A stretch of 64,000 nucleotides of DNA from Chiloscyllium plagiosum (Eukaryota), in NCBI RefSeq assembly GCF_004010195.1, contig NC_057719.1, forward strand, positions 21,426,892 through 21,490,891, written 5' to 3'. Below are positions 50,766 through 62,621 of the stretch, piece after piece. Made by a program: the position numbers and the translations under genes. The first letter of the stretch is position 1. Every line of letters begins with the position of its first letter. The notes under the pieces are model-generated. The model worked only from the letters and a program-made list of their open reading frames with translations. It made no database searches and was not told the origin of the DNA.

Positions 50766-52169
50766 GAAAAAATCTTAATTTTTTTTGTCAGTGAGTCATC
50801 AAATTAAACTGTTTCAGCATGATGAAAGACTGCATCTTTCTTTTACATCAATATTAGAGATGTTTTGTTGCTGAGAAAACATGGCAACATTTTATTGCAA
50901 GTTGGTGTGCATTAGCTTGTCCTTTTTTTAAGCTGATTAACCACACAAGACAAAATGATGTAAGGCCATCATTTTAACATTGTTCTTTCATCTTAGGTAA
51001 AAAAGTTGGCTATTAACCCACACTGTTATAATAGAGAAACATGTTGTCTTTGACATATAGAGAATTCACGCTGCAACACTTTTTTAAACATTGTAATATG
51101 TGCATTAACGTCAAAATCTATGTAATTCCATGCAGGAAATTAGAATGGTTGGCAGATTAGCTTTCAAAATAGACAAAATGAAAAGCAGAGCTCTTGAACT
51201 AAGGTTCTGTGTCACGAACAAAATTTTGTGAAAATGCTATTCTGAACAACAAGCAATGAGCAAATATACTCAATCCTGGCAGGACTATTACGCTTTAAAA
51301 TTTAATTTGCTTCAAGTGGATGAGTTGATAATTTCTCCCCTCGACAGGGAAACGAAACAACAAGATTTCTTTTAAGTGATGATCTCCCTCCAGTACTTTT
51401 TATTTTCTCTATTAGTTTAAAAGTGGCTCAAAGCTTTAAAAAATAATCTGCAGCTCAGCTGAATATTTATTCATCTGACAAGTGAGGGCACGAGGATAAA
51501 CTAAACTGCTTTCTGCTATTGGTTAAATTTGCTGTTAATGTTCTTTGCATTGTGAGATATTGCAACAATAATTGGAAACTGTCATTTTAATTAATGTGAC
51601 AACTGAAATGGTGTATTACTGCTGCATTTGTTAAAAAATACATTAATAAAGAATTTTATAACAATTTATACGGATTAATATAAGGCCATTTAGGAAAGGT
51701 TTACACCAATGGACAATATTGCCAAACTAATTCTAGTATGAAATATTAATGAATTTTATATTACATATTATCAATTCTAGGTTGGACCAGCTCACTAGTA
51801 TTTTTTGCAGTAAGATACTTGTCTCACAATATGATAATTATATTGAAATTAACTCCTCTGATGACCAATATTTCTGGTAAGTGTGCAGTGTGTAAAATAA
51901 AGAAAGAATATATTCAAACGTACCACCTTTCACATCCCTGGAACATTTCCAAATATTTTACTACCATGGAAGTACATTTGAAGACTTATTTGAAGTACAG
52001 TTGAAATGTGGCTTCTACCTTGTAGAGGATGACAGAGCAGCAGATGTTTGGGGATACAATCACCTCTGTCTTTATCTCAAGTCATACAGCATCCCAGCTT
52101 GCCTCGATTTCACCATTCCTTCATTATTCCTGGTCAAAATCTTGAAATTCTTTACTTCACAGTCTTAGG

Positions 52170-52722
52170 GTCATACAGTCATGCTGTATAGCGTGATAAC
52201 AGACCCTTCAGTCCGACTCATCCATGCCGACCAGATATCTTAAATTAATCAAGTCCCATTATCAACGTTTGGCCCATATCCCTCTAAACCCTTCTTATTC
52301 ATATACCCATCAAGATGCCTTTTCAATGTTATAATTGTACCAGCCCCCACCACCTTCTCTGGCAGCTCAATCTTTGTGAAAAAGTTGCCTCTTGGTTCCC
52401 TTTTAAATTTTTCCCTTCTCACCTTTAACCTATGTCCTCTAGTTTTGGACTCGACTATCCTGGTGAAAAGAGCTTAGCGATTCATGCTTTCCATGCCCCT
52501 CATGATTTTGCAAACCTCTAATAAGGTCACCCCTCAGCTTGCAACTCTCCAGGGAAAATAGCCCAAGCCATTTCAGCCTCTCCCTACAGCTCAAACCGTC
52601 CGACCCTGGCAACATCCTTGTAAATCTTTTCTAAACCCTTTCAAGTTTCACAGCATCATTCCCACAGCAGGGAGACCAGAACTAAATGTAATATTCCAAA
52701 AATAGCTTTCACAATACAATCT
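52170..52722 (-). mobile_element. CR1 LINE 3' fragment
   Basis: Antisense CR1 3' end, homologous to 6857-7400. Confidence 0.85.
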
Positions 52723-52727
52723 TGTAT

Positions 52728-52922
52728 TAAAAGAACTGCGGATGCTGGAATCCAAAATAGACAGGCAGGAGGGTGGAAGAACACAGCAAGCCAGGCAGCA
52801 TCAGGAGGTGGAGAAGCCAATGTTTTTGGGGCAGGGTGGGGATAAAGACAGGTTACACCAAAACATCGACTTCTCCACCTCCTGATGCTGCCTGGCTTGC
52901 TGTGTTTTTCCAGCCTCCTGCC
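52728..52922. mobile_element. Fold-back PLE-terminal mini-element (third variant)
   Basis: ggcaggagggtggaagaacacagcaagccaggcagcatcaggaggtggagaag..tgtttt / aaaacatcgacttctccacctcctgatgctgcctggcttgctgtgtttttccagcctcctgcc. Confidence 0.82.
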
Positions 52923-52999
52923 CAGCCACCATACAAACTGAAGCAGTTCAAGAAGCAAGTTCAGCACCACCTTCTCAAAAGCAACTTAGGATAGACAAT

Positions 53000-53905
53000 C
53001 TCGGTGTCCAGGTACACAGATCCTTGAAAGTTGCCACCCAGGTTGACAGGCTTGTTAAGAAGGCATACAGTGTTTTAGCTTTTATTAATAGAGGAATCGA
53101 GTTCTGGAACCATGAGGTTATGCTGCATCTGCACAAAACTCTGGTGCAGCCGCACTTGGAGTATTGTGTACAGTTCTGGTCACCACATTATAAGAAGGAT
53201 GTGGAAGCTTTGGAAAGGGTGCAGAGGAGATTTACTAGATGTTGCCTGGTATGGAGGGAAGGTCTTATGAGGAAAGGCTGAGGGACTTGAGGCTGTTTTC
53301 GTTAGAGAGAAGAAGGTTGAGAGGTGACTTAATAGAGACATATAAGATAATCAGAGGGTTAGATAGACTGGACAGGTCGAGCCTTTTCCAAGTATGGTGA
53401 TGGCGAGCACGAGGGGGCATAGCTTTAAATCAAGGGGTGATAGATATAGGACAGATGTCAGAGATAGTTTCTTTACTCAGAGAGTAGTAAGGGTATGGAA
53501 TGCTTTGCCTGCAATGGTAGTAGATTTGCCAACTTTAAGTACATTTAAGTCGTCATTGGACAAGCATATGGACGTACATGGAATAGTGTAGGTTAGATGG
53601 GCTTCAGATTGGTATAAACAGGTAAAAACAATGACTGCAGGTGCTGGAAACCAAATTCTGGAGTAGAGTGGTGCTGGAAAAGCATAGCAGTTCAGGCAGC
53701 ATCCGAGGAGCAGGAAAATCGATGTTTCGGGCAAAAGCCCTTTGAAGGACTTTTGCCCGAAACGTCGATTTTCCTGCTCCTCGGATGCTGCCTGAACTGC
53801 TGTGCTTTTCCAGCACAACTCTACTCCAGATTCAGATTGGTATGACAGGTCGGCGCAACATCGAGGGCTGAAGGGCCTGTACAGCGCTGTAATGTTCTAT
53901 GTTTT
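53000..53905 (+). mobile_element. 5'-truncated CR1 LINE
   Basis: LEYCVQFWSPHYKKDVEALERVQRRF, TRGHSFK..FFTQRVVRVWNALP. Confidence 0.92.
53616..53830. mobile_element. Fold-back PLE-terminal mini-element nested in the CR1 3' UTR
   Basis: 13-bp TSD TTCAGATTGGTAT (53603-53615, 53831-53843); ~85-bp inverted arms 53657-53741 and ~53745-53830 turning inside the HHR. Confidence 0.9.
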
Positions 53906-55146
53906 AATAAATAGCAATCAGATTAGCAATGCCCAAGTTAAAGGAATTATTCGTCCTTTGACAGCATTTTCTGCCACCTATGTTATGCTAGCATTTTCCT
54001 TTCCCAGGCATTGATTCCTGATGTTCAACATCTCAGTCATTTCATTTGTTCATGCCTAATTCCCCAGAGGGCAGCTGGAAGTCAACCACATTGTTGTGAG
54101 TCTGGACTTTTATGTGGGCCACATCAGGCAAGCATGAAAATGTCTTGGATTTGATGGTTTGAAGTATCCAATTTTTCAATGAACAATCTTATGTTTCCTA
54201 GCAAGGAATGTGACTTTGTGCAATTAGCACAATGATAAAGAAAGATCATCCGTGAGTCGTTAGAATATGGACCATGTTGTCAAAAGGAGTTATAGATTTG
54301 AAGAGCACTCATGCATTTAATGGGAAGCTGGAAATATACACAAGGGACACAGTAATAAAAGTGCAGGCTGCTTGGGTGAAGTTGGGAATAAACATTCCCT
54401 GGACCAGTTCAGCAATATGACCTGTTTCTTTGCTGTACATTCCATGTATTCTGAAGTAGCAAGGTATTCATTTTGCTAACGTTCACATTCCTTCCTTTAT
54501 GAAGAGCAAAGTCAAGTTGAAAATACCATTCAACAATTGACAGCTTCATTTTATCTCCAACTACCATCTGAGCCTTTTATCCTGCAGAAACACAGATTGA
54601 AATATTAAGCAGCATTAGACTCTAAACTAGCAATAATCTCCTCAACAGGGAATGCATTTGCTGATCTTATTCTTCCCGACGTGGTCTTTTAATGCTCACA
54701 GCAAGTGATTTGGTAAAGTGTGTTTTTATAGTCCAAAATCTTACAAGGTAACAATGGAAGAGGAAAGCCATTAGTTCATTGAAGTCTATCCATTCAGGAA
54801 GAAGTGATGTTCTGCCCCACTGAATCTCATTATCTTTTGGCTGAGTAATTTTCATTAAGTTTCATGGAGGGTTTCTCTGAATGAGGCTGAGTGAGTTTTC
54901 TCATGTGATCATCCGAAACTAACCTCATTACACTATCTACCCCTATGGCACCCATTTTATCCAATACCTGCCTGATTCTGCCACTTACCATAGCCATAAG
55001 TGTGCACTATTGTCTAGATATCCCAATTATGTACTGGCATTCCCAAAACCAGCAAAATATGTAAAACACTCTTGTGCACCTAGTTAAGTGTTGGCAGTCA
55101 GAACTGACATGCATGGTTTCACATATTCTTACTGGGCACAGCAGTT

Positions 55147-55322
55147 ATGGGCAAATTTGTGTTCCATTTTGCAGACAGAGACCTCAAGGACCTGGTGGTA
55201 GGAGGGCCACAGCACCAAGGGTACCCTGATCTGAAATGCCACCCATCAGTGCAGGCTCCACAGTCTGGAGATATGTCCAGCAATGCAGGAAGAACATTAA
55301 TGAACTTCTCTACTTCACCTGG
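55147..55322 (+). pseudogene. Frameshifted Myb/SANT-like (trihelix) coding remnant, probably from a Harbinger-like transposon
   Basis: MGKFVFHFADRDLKDLV... then, in another frame, WRYVQQCRKNINELL followed by a GTAAGT donor at 55323. Confidence 0.5.
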
Positions 55323-55641
55323 GTAAGTGGGGGCCAAAGCATCAGACACTGCCAACCTGATTGAATAGCTACCATCTCAACTGGGTCAACTTATCATCTG
55401 TCTCCCACCTCCACCAGCGCTGCTAATTATGCCATCTGCCTTCATTTTACTGAACCCTTTCCTTTATCTCATCACAGCAGTAAGCGGCCTGTAAGAACAG
55501 GGAAGTGGCAGAAAGAGTTAGATTCAGCTCCTCAGCCCTTATAAGGAGAGGATTTTGGCATTGAATAGCAAAGTTTGGGACCACTTCTGTGGGGACAAAT
55601 AACACTCCATGCCCAGCAACTAAATCAGCCACATCATTGGT

Positions 55642-55950
55642 GGGCGGCACGGTGGCACAGTGGTTAGCACTGCTGCCTCACAGCGCCAGAGACCCGGGGT
55701 CAATTCCCGCCTCAGGCGACTGACTGTGTGGAGTTTGCACGTTCTCCCCGTGTCTGCGTGGGTTTCCTCCGGGTGCCCCGGTTTCCTCCCACAGTCCAAA
55801 GATGTGCAGGTCAGGTGAATTGGCCATGCTAAATTGCCCGTAGTGTTAGGTAAGGGGTAAATGTAGGGGTATGGGTGGGTTGCGCTTCGGCGGGTCGGTG
55901 TGGACTTGTTAGGCCGAAGGGCCTGTTTCCACACTGTAATCTAATCTAAT
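55642..55950 (+). mobile_element. Young full-length HE1 SINE
   Basis: GGGCGGCACGGTGGCACAGTGG...TTTCCACACTGTAATCTAATCTAAT. Confidence 0.95.
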
Positions 55951-58059
55951 TCATTATTGTGCAACTCTCCCATTCCCCCACTCTATTTTAAGTTAAAACA
56001 CCACAACTTTACTGAACTTGGTTGTGACATTTCCTCTCTTGTCTCCCATGGGAACCAATGGGATATCCACAATGCTGAGATAAAAAGGGCTGCCCTGCAA
56101 AACATACACTTCTCAGCCTCTGAGGAAAAGAGCATAGACTCCTCACAGAAAGTGCCACCACCCACTCCACTCTCATCAGTTGGGCAGTTGTGTAGCTATG
56201 CTTAAATTGCAATAATCCTGCTTCTGAGTGAAAAAATGCAGACAGTTCCTGAAAATAGAAATCCTGATTTTAATTTCTGGATTTACATTGAATGGGATAC
56301 TTTTGCCTGCCCTTCATTGTGTATATTAGATCCCAGGGAAGCTGCTGTCAGTATAAAACTAACCATCCTATCAACTTGTATAAAGATTTGTTTGGTCATG
56401 GATAAAGCTTTCAAATTGTGATCTGTCACTCTGTTAATCAGCCTGAAAAGCTTACACTATTTCACATTATTCTCCAAGGCAAGACTGCAAAACATACAAA
56501 GTCAACAACATTGTAACGACAAATGATTTTCCTCATGAAGGTAATTCCTTATATAGTGGTCTCTTTGGACAATGGCTTCCCTTATGTAATTTAAAGCTGT
56601 CAGAAATATATGCAAACCTTTATCTGAGACCACACGTCTGGACTTCCCAGGCAAATATCCTTAGTACCTTTGATTTTGACATGAAACATCATACATCATT
56701 GCTCCTTCAGGATCTGTTGATGAATGCACTACACTGTCCCAAAAGATACTCAATGCATAACCACAGAGAATTCTCTCAGGTGTTTTTTGATATATGCTGA
56801 TAAAGTGCATCTGACAGACACTTAATACACCTGCCTCTTAACTGTGCAATTGTCGTTTTTTTTTAAATACTTGAGCAATAACAGCAACATAATTAAATGC
56901 AGTTGTACTGTAGGAAACCTTGTCAGACCATGTTATTGCGCTGGGAGCAAATGAGACCTTTCTTCATGAGTCAAAATCAACTGTTTGACAGCAGAGTTTG
57001 GTACCAGTCTAGTTTAACTGAGCTGAACTAAGTTCACGCTCCTTTTTTAGACACGACGGCATCGTTCTATTTAAGTCGGCACCCGGGCCTGACATGGAGC
57101 CATTCCATGAAAATGGAATAGATCAAATATTACTGATGCCAACAAAGAATGGATGGGATTAATATGAAGTAATTTATGTGGAAAATTTATTAGTGAAAGG
57201 ATTAAAAGGAAATTACTTGACATATTTTTCAAGAGACATTAAACCATCTGTTCTCCCAACTGGATGCAAAATATCCAACAACACTATCTCAAAGCGAAGT
57301 GGAATTAACTTGAATCACGGAACAATGTCCAAGTGGGAGCTGCTCCCATGGAGTCAGATTCATCTTGAACTATGCTGGGTCCAATATTGCAGTGAATTAA
57401 GCCATGGTCTGGGCTTTAAAATAAATAGCATTTCTTTTTTATTCACTCATCCAGCTCGAGCATTACTGGCTGGGCTAACATTTATTGCCTGTCCCTTGTT
57501 GCCCTAGAGAAACTAATGGTGATTTTACTTCTTGAATCCCTGAGCTCTATTTGATGCAGGTAAACCCACAATGCTGTGAGGGAGACAATTCTCGGATTTT
57601 TACCCAATGACACTGAAGGAACGGTGATATATTTCCAACAGGATGGTAAGTGGAGAACTTGCATGTTCTACTGTTCTCATGTGTCTGCTGCCCTTGTCCT
57701 TCATAAAGTGTTTGTGGGTTGGGAAGTGCTGCCTATGGATTGGCACAAAATTCAGCAGTGCATCTTGCATATAGTGCACACTATTGCTCCTGAATATCAG
57801 TGGTGGAGTGACTGAGTGTTAGTGGATGTGATGCCAATCAAGTGGCTGATTTATCCTGGATGATGTCAAGCTTCTTGATTGTTGTTAGAGAAAGTAATGA
57901 ATCATGTAAGAAGCGATGTGCAATATTAAAGGAAAACAATGAGATAATAGAGCTGGATAAATAATCTGGGTAATAATAACCAGAATGTGGCAGGATGGGA
58001 CAAAAAATACAAATTTTAGAGTTCACCAACCGATGAGGCAAAATGGCAAAATGGCACAG

Positions 58060-59780
58060 TTAAAGGCTCTGTATCTGAATGGACACAGCATTTACAGCAA
58101 AATTAATCAATTATTAGCACAGGTAGGGATAAACATGTATTTACTGTTCATTATCACAGACATCGGAAGCAGAAATTCCTTTGGGGATTTGATATAGTAA
58201 CTTTGACTGAAATGTGACTCAAGCCAGACCAGGACTGGATCCTCAACATTCCAGGTTGTAAGGTTTTTAGTAGAAACAGGGTGGGTAAAATAGGAGGAGG
58301 TGTAGCAGTCTTGGTCAAAGATACTAACATAGCCCTTGAGTACGCAGTTCTTAAGTGAGAATCTAAATGAGTGGAGGTGAGAAACAGGAACTGAGCTGAG
58401 ACCTTGTTAATTCTCAATCTCGCAATAGTTCAGAGGAAGTGGAAGAGATCATTTCTAGGCAGATTATGAAAACCTGTAGGACAAGTAAGATCATAATAGT
58501 TGGTGATTTCAATTATCCTCGGATAGATCAGGGGAAGAAAAACTGAGAGTGTGGGTCATTGAAGGGGAGAGATTGCTGCAATGTATGCAGGAGACCTTTC
58601 TGGAATACAAGTACTATCAGGGAGGGGTCAATGCTGGATCTGGTCTGAGGAAATGAGGAAAGCCAAGTGGAGAATGTCAAATTGGAGGAGCATTGCAGAA
58701 AAAATTTGGAGATGCTGGTGTTGGACTGGGGTGTACAAAGTTCAAAATCACACAACACCAGGTTGTAGTCCAACAGGTTTAATTGGAAGCATTAGCTTTC
58801 AGAGCACTGCTCCTTCATCAGGTGATTGTCAGCGCTCTGAAAGCAAGTGCTTCCAAATAAACCTGTTGGACTATAACCTGGTGTTATGTGATTTTTAACA
58901 TTGCAGAAATAGCACTCATAACATAAGAAGTTCACATTAAGTTGGAAAAGAATTAAAATCAGTCAAAGATTAAGATCCCAGACTGGCAAAGAGCGGGTTT
59001 TAATGGTCTAAAAGTTGAACTGGAGCAGGCTGATGGGAAATGCATTTTGGTGGATAAAACAACAGTTGAAAAATGGAATAATTTTAGTGAGAGATGAATA
59101 GGATGCAAATTAGGTACATATCCATGAGAAATAAATCCAGGGTATTCAAAGGTAGAATATCCTAGACGACTTTGATGAGATGACGATATTGATGACGATA
59201 TTGATGAGAAAAAAAGTAAGGAATGCCTACCAAAATAAAAATAGAAAGAGAAATGAGGAGGAGTATCTCAAATGCAGGAGAGAGGTTAAAGCTGGAATGA
59301 GAAAGGCAAAAAGGAAGCAAGAGAAAATGATGGCAGGGTGCACTGAAGTGAATATGAAGATTTTCTTCAAACATTTTAATCATAAAAGATTGGTAAAGGA
59401 TAATTTTGAGCCTACTAGGAATGAGCAGGGTAACCTGCTCACTGAAGCAAAGGATATGGCAGAGGTACTGCGTAGATACTTTGCTTTTGTCTTTACCAAT
59501 TTGGACAACAGTGACAATGACCCAGTTGAGCAACTGAGCAGTGGCAGTGATGGATAAAGAAGAGTTGCTAAAAAGGCTGGCAGGGGAATGGAGGATTGTA
59601 AATTTGACACTGTTGTTAGAGAAAGGGACAAAGGATAACTCAGAAAACTACAGACCTATCAACTTGATATCAATAATGGGAAAACTGATGGAGGGCATAA
59701 TACAGGATAAGATAAATATAAATATAAAAAGAAAATAAGTTAATACCAGACAGTCAATATGGCTTTGTCAAGGGGAGAAA
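58060..59780 (+). mobile_element. Degraded CR1 ORF2 (endonuclease to start of RT)
   Basis: LKALYLN..SI, GGGVAVLVK, IVGDFNYP, MAEVLRRYFAFVFT, NYRPINLISIMGKLME. Confidence 0.85.
58702..58898. mobile_element. PLE family B fold-back mini-element with hammerhead (58791-58824, minus strand)
   Basis: 11-bp TSD CATTGCAGAAA (58691-58701, 58899-58909); inverted arms ~58745-58810 and 58831-58896; reverse complement CAC-CUGAUGA-A-GGAGC-AGU-GCUCU-GAAA-GC-UA. Confidence 0.85.
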
Positions 59781-59961
59781 TGCAGCACAATAAATGTGGC
59801 TAGCTTTTTTATATATATATATTATATATATTTAGTCTGAGAAATTCTGATTGGCAAAGGTAACCTGGAAAATGAGCTCGTAATGTTAATTTGGTACAAT
59901 TTACCACAACAGTACATTTTGGTGCAAAAAAGTAAGCAAGCTATTCTAGATATAATTGCAT

Positions 59962-60430
59962 GACATAAGAAATCAGAGCAGGAGTAGGCAATCAGCTGCT
60001 AGTGCCTAATCGCCATTTCATATGCTCATGGCTGATCTTATCTTGGCCTCAACTGTATTTTCCTGCCAGCTTTTCATGACACTTCAAATTATTGCGAGTT
60101 AAAAATCTGTCTATCTCCTCCATAAATTTACTTCATATCCCAACATCCACCATATGCTGGGATAGTGAATTCAACAGATTTGAGACAACTAATTTCTCTT
60201 CATATGTATTTTAAAGCTGCTACCCCTAATCCCAAAACTATGGCCTCTCCTTTTAGATTTCCCTGCATGAGGAAATATCGTTTCTAAGTCTACTTTATCA
60301 ATTTCTTCAGCATCCTATATCTCTCAGTTCTCCTCTCATTCTTCTAAACTCGAAAGAGTATAGGACTAAACCGCTTAATCTCTGTTCATAAGACAAAACT
60401 CTCATCTCTGGAATCATTCTCATGAACTCA
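59962..60430 (-). mobile_element. CR1 3' fragment
   Basis: Antisense CR1 3' UTR and ERRRMRG-like motif. Confidence 0.75.
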
Positions 60431-60487
60431 GTGAGTATGGTAATGAGCAATGAAAGGTGTTTGATCAATAGCCTTATTGATTTTGGA

Positions 60488-60860
60488 AAAATGAGTGGTG
60501 ATCTTATTGAAAGATATAAGATTTTGAGGGTAGTTACTGGGAGGATGTTTCCTTTTGTGGATGAGTCTGGACCCAGGAGGGATCCAGTTTAAGAGTTAGA
60601 ATTGTCCCTTTTAAAACTGACATTAATATTCATTCTCAGTGTGTTAGTCTAGGGCTTTCTCTTCCCAAGAATGCTGTGGTGGCTGGATCATTGAAGACAT
60701 TCAAGGCTGAGACGGATAGGGGTTCTTTGACAGATAAGAGAACCGAGGATCATAGGGTGCAGACAAGAAAATGGAGCTGAGACAATAACTAAGATTAGCC
60801 ATGATCTTATTAAATGGTGGAGTAGGCTCAGTGGGCTGAAAAGCCGATTCCTTCTCTTGA
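60488..60860 (+). mobile_element. CR1 3' fragment
   Basis: MSGDLIERYKILR.. and 3' UTR agattagccatgatcttattaaatgg. Confidence 0.75.
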
Positions 60861-61119
60861 GTCCCAGGCAACTACGGATGGCCTGACCAATATTTACCTT
60901 TCTTAATCAACATTTTGGTGGATCTATGATAATTTATATAACTTCTCATCCTCAGGTTTGCTACATTATCCTTAGGCACATTCTAAGCCTTTTTTTGTTT
61001 AATTTGATCCTTGACTTATTGAATAAGCCCTGGCTGGATCTTTCATGCTGAATCTAATTTCTCATAGAAATCTCTTGCTGTTGAACGTTTAGAACTGTTT
61101 CATTAGTGTTTTCAAGATC

Positions 61120-61570
61120 AACAGCACAGAAAAAGGCCCTTTGGCCCATTGCATCTAAACTGATCAAAAACAATCACCTAACTAATATACTCCTATTTTC
61201 CAAAACATAGCCCATAGCCTTGTATGCCTAAGCACCTAAGTACTTTTTAAATATTATGCAGGTTCCTTTCTTTACCACCTTTACAGACAGAGAGTTCCAA
61301 ATTTCCATTAGCCTCTGGATGAAAATGTTTTTGCTCACATCTCCTCTGATGTTTTTGGCCTTACTTTAGATATACGGCCCTGTTCATTAATTCCCCCATC
61401 AAGGGGGAACGTTTCTTCCTTATCTATGCCCCTCATAATTTTATACATCTCAATCATGTTCCCTTTCAATCTCTTCTGCTTAAAGGAAACAATCTTAGTC
61501 TGCCCAATCTCTCTTCAAAACCAAAACATTCCATCCCAGGCACCATTCTGGTAAATCTCTTCTGCACCTA
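61120..61570 (-). mobile_element. CR1 3' fragment
   Basis: acagcacagaaaaaggccctttggccc tail; ccaggcaccattctggtaaatctcttctgcacc (antisense VQKRFTRMVPG). Confidence 0.75.
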
Positions 61571-62621
61571 TTATTCCATAAACGTAAACCAACTCTCCTC
61601 TCATACCTATCGAATTGACTTTGTTTACATTTTAAGATTCTCATCTGTATCTGCAATATGTCAGTTTTAATCTTAATATTATAATCACTTTTAATCTGCA
61701 TTTTTATTACAATGGTAGATCCAAAATTAATTTCAAAATGTATTGTTCCAGAAAACCACTGTGTGTAAATATTATATCTATTTGACTTCTGTACCACATA
61801 TTCCAAGTTGCAATATATATTTAAGACCCTTCATTATGAAGTTGCCAATGTAACAAACTTCAATATTTCCTACTTAATGCTCTGCCCAATCGATAACTGC
61901 TATTTGGATCCTATAAATTATTTACACTGGAATTTTATCACCTGTATTATTGTTAATGTTTCTTAATTATTCCTTATAATTCCTAACTACCTGTTATAAT
62001 TTTATTTGAATAGTCCAAGTCAAGATCCAGGCATACTCTTCATTATTTTTAAATGAAAAAAACAGATCAGTACCATTTTCTACTTGAAAACCAAGTAAAT
62101 GGAACAATTAATATTTCAGACATGTTCTTTTGTATAACTAATGTGCATGTTAAATCTGATAAATTGCGAACTTTTCGGGTGTATAGCACCATACAATAGC
62201 GCACAGATTCAGAGCAAGAGAGAGCACAGAAAGGGTCCATGTGGTCCACCATGTCTACTCCAGCCTTTTGAAACAGCTAGCAATTTAGTTATATTTGACA
62301 ACTTTCTTCTTGAAGACTCCCAATTTGATTTTATTCCCTGGTCAAGCATATTTCCAATATTCTTTTGATTAGTGTTAATGAATTCACATCTACATCACTT
62401 TCTGGCAATCCACATAATTCTCATCAAGTTCACTGATTGAAGACCTTCACAGAAAATGGACAAAGTAACGGAATTCAATTCTGATAATCTTAGAATATCA
62501 AGCTATGACAATGGTTCATTCTTTCTTACTACATCTTCAACATTAAGTGTTCACATACAGCTATGCTAATTTATTAGTTTAACGTTTTCATCCTGAAGCA
62601 GAGATGAAATGCCAGTTTCTC

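Noticed and set aside
55642..55715. tRNA gene-like A/B boxes
   Set aside because: They are SINE heads continuing into the V-domain, not standalone tRNAs.
40313..55934. Repeated ORFs beginning MWKQALRPNKST
   Set aside because: These are antisense translations of HE1 SINE copies, not a gene family.
59174..59206. 12-bp tandem repeat GATGACGATATT
   Set aside because: A simple local slippage duplication inside a dead CR1.
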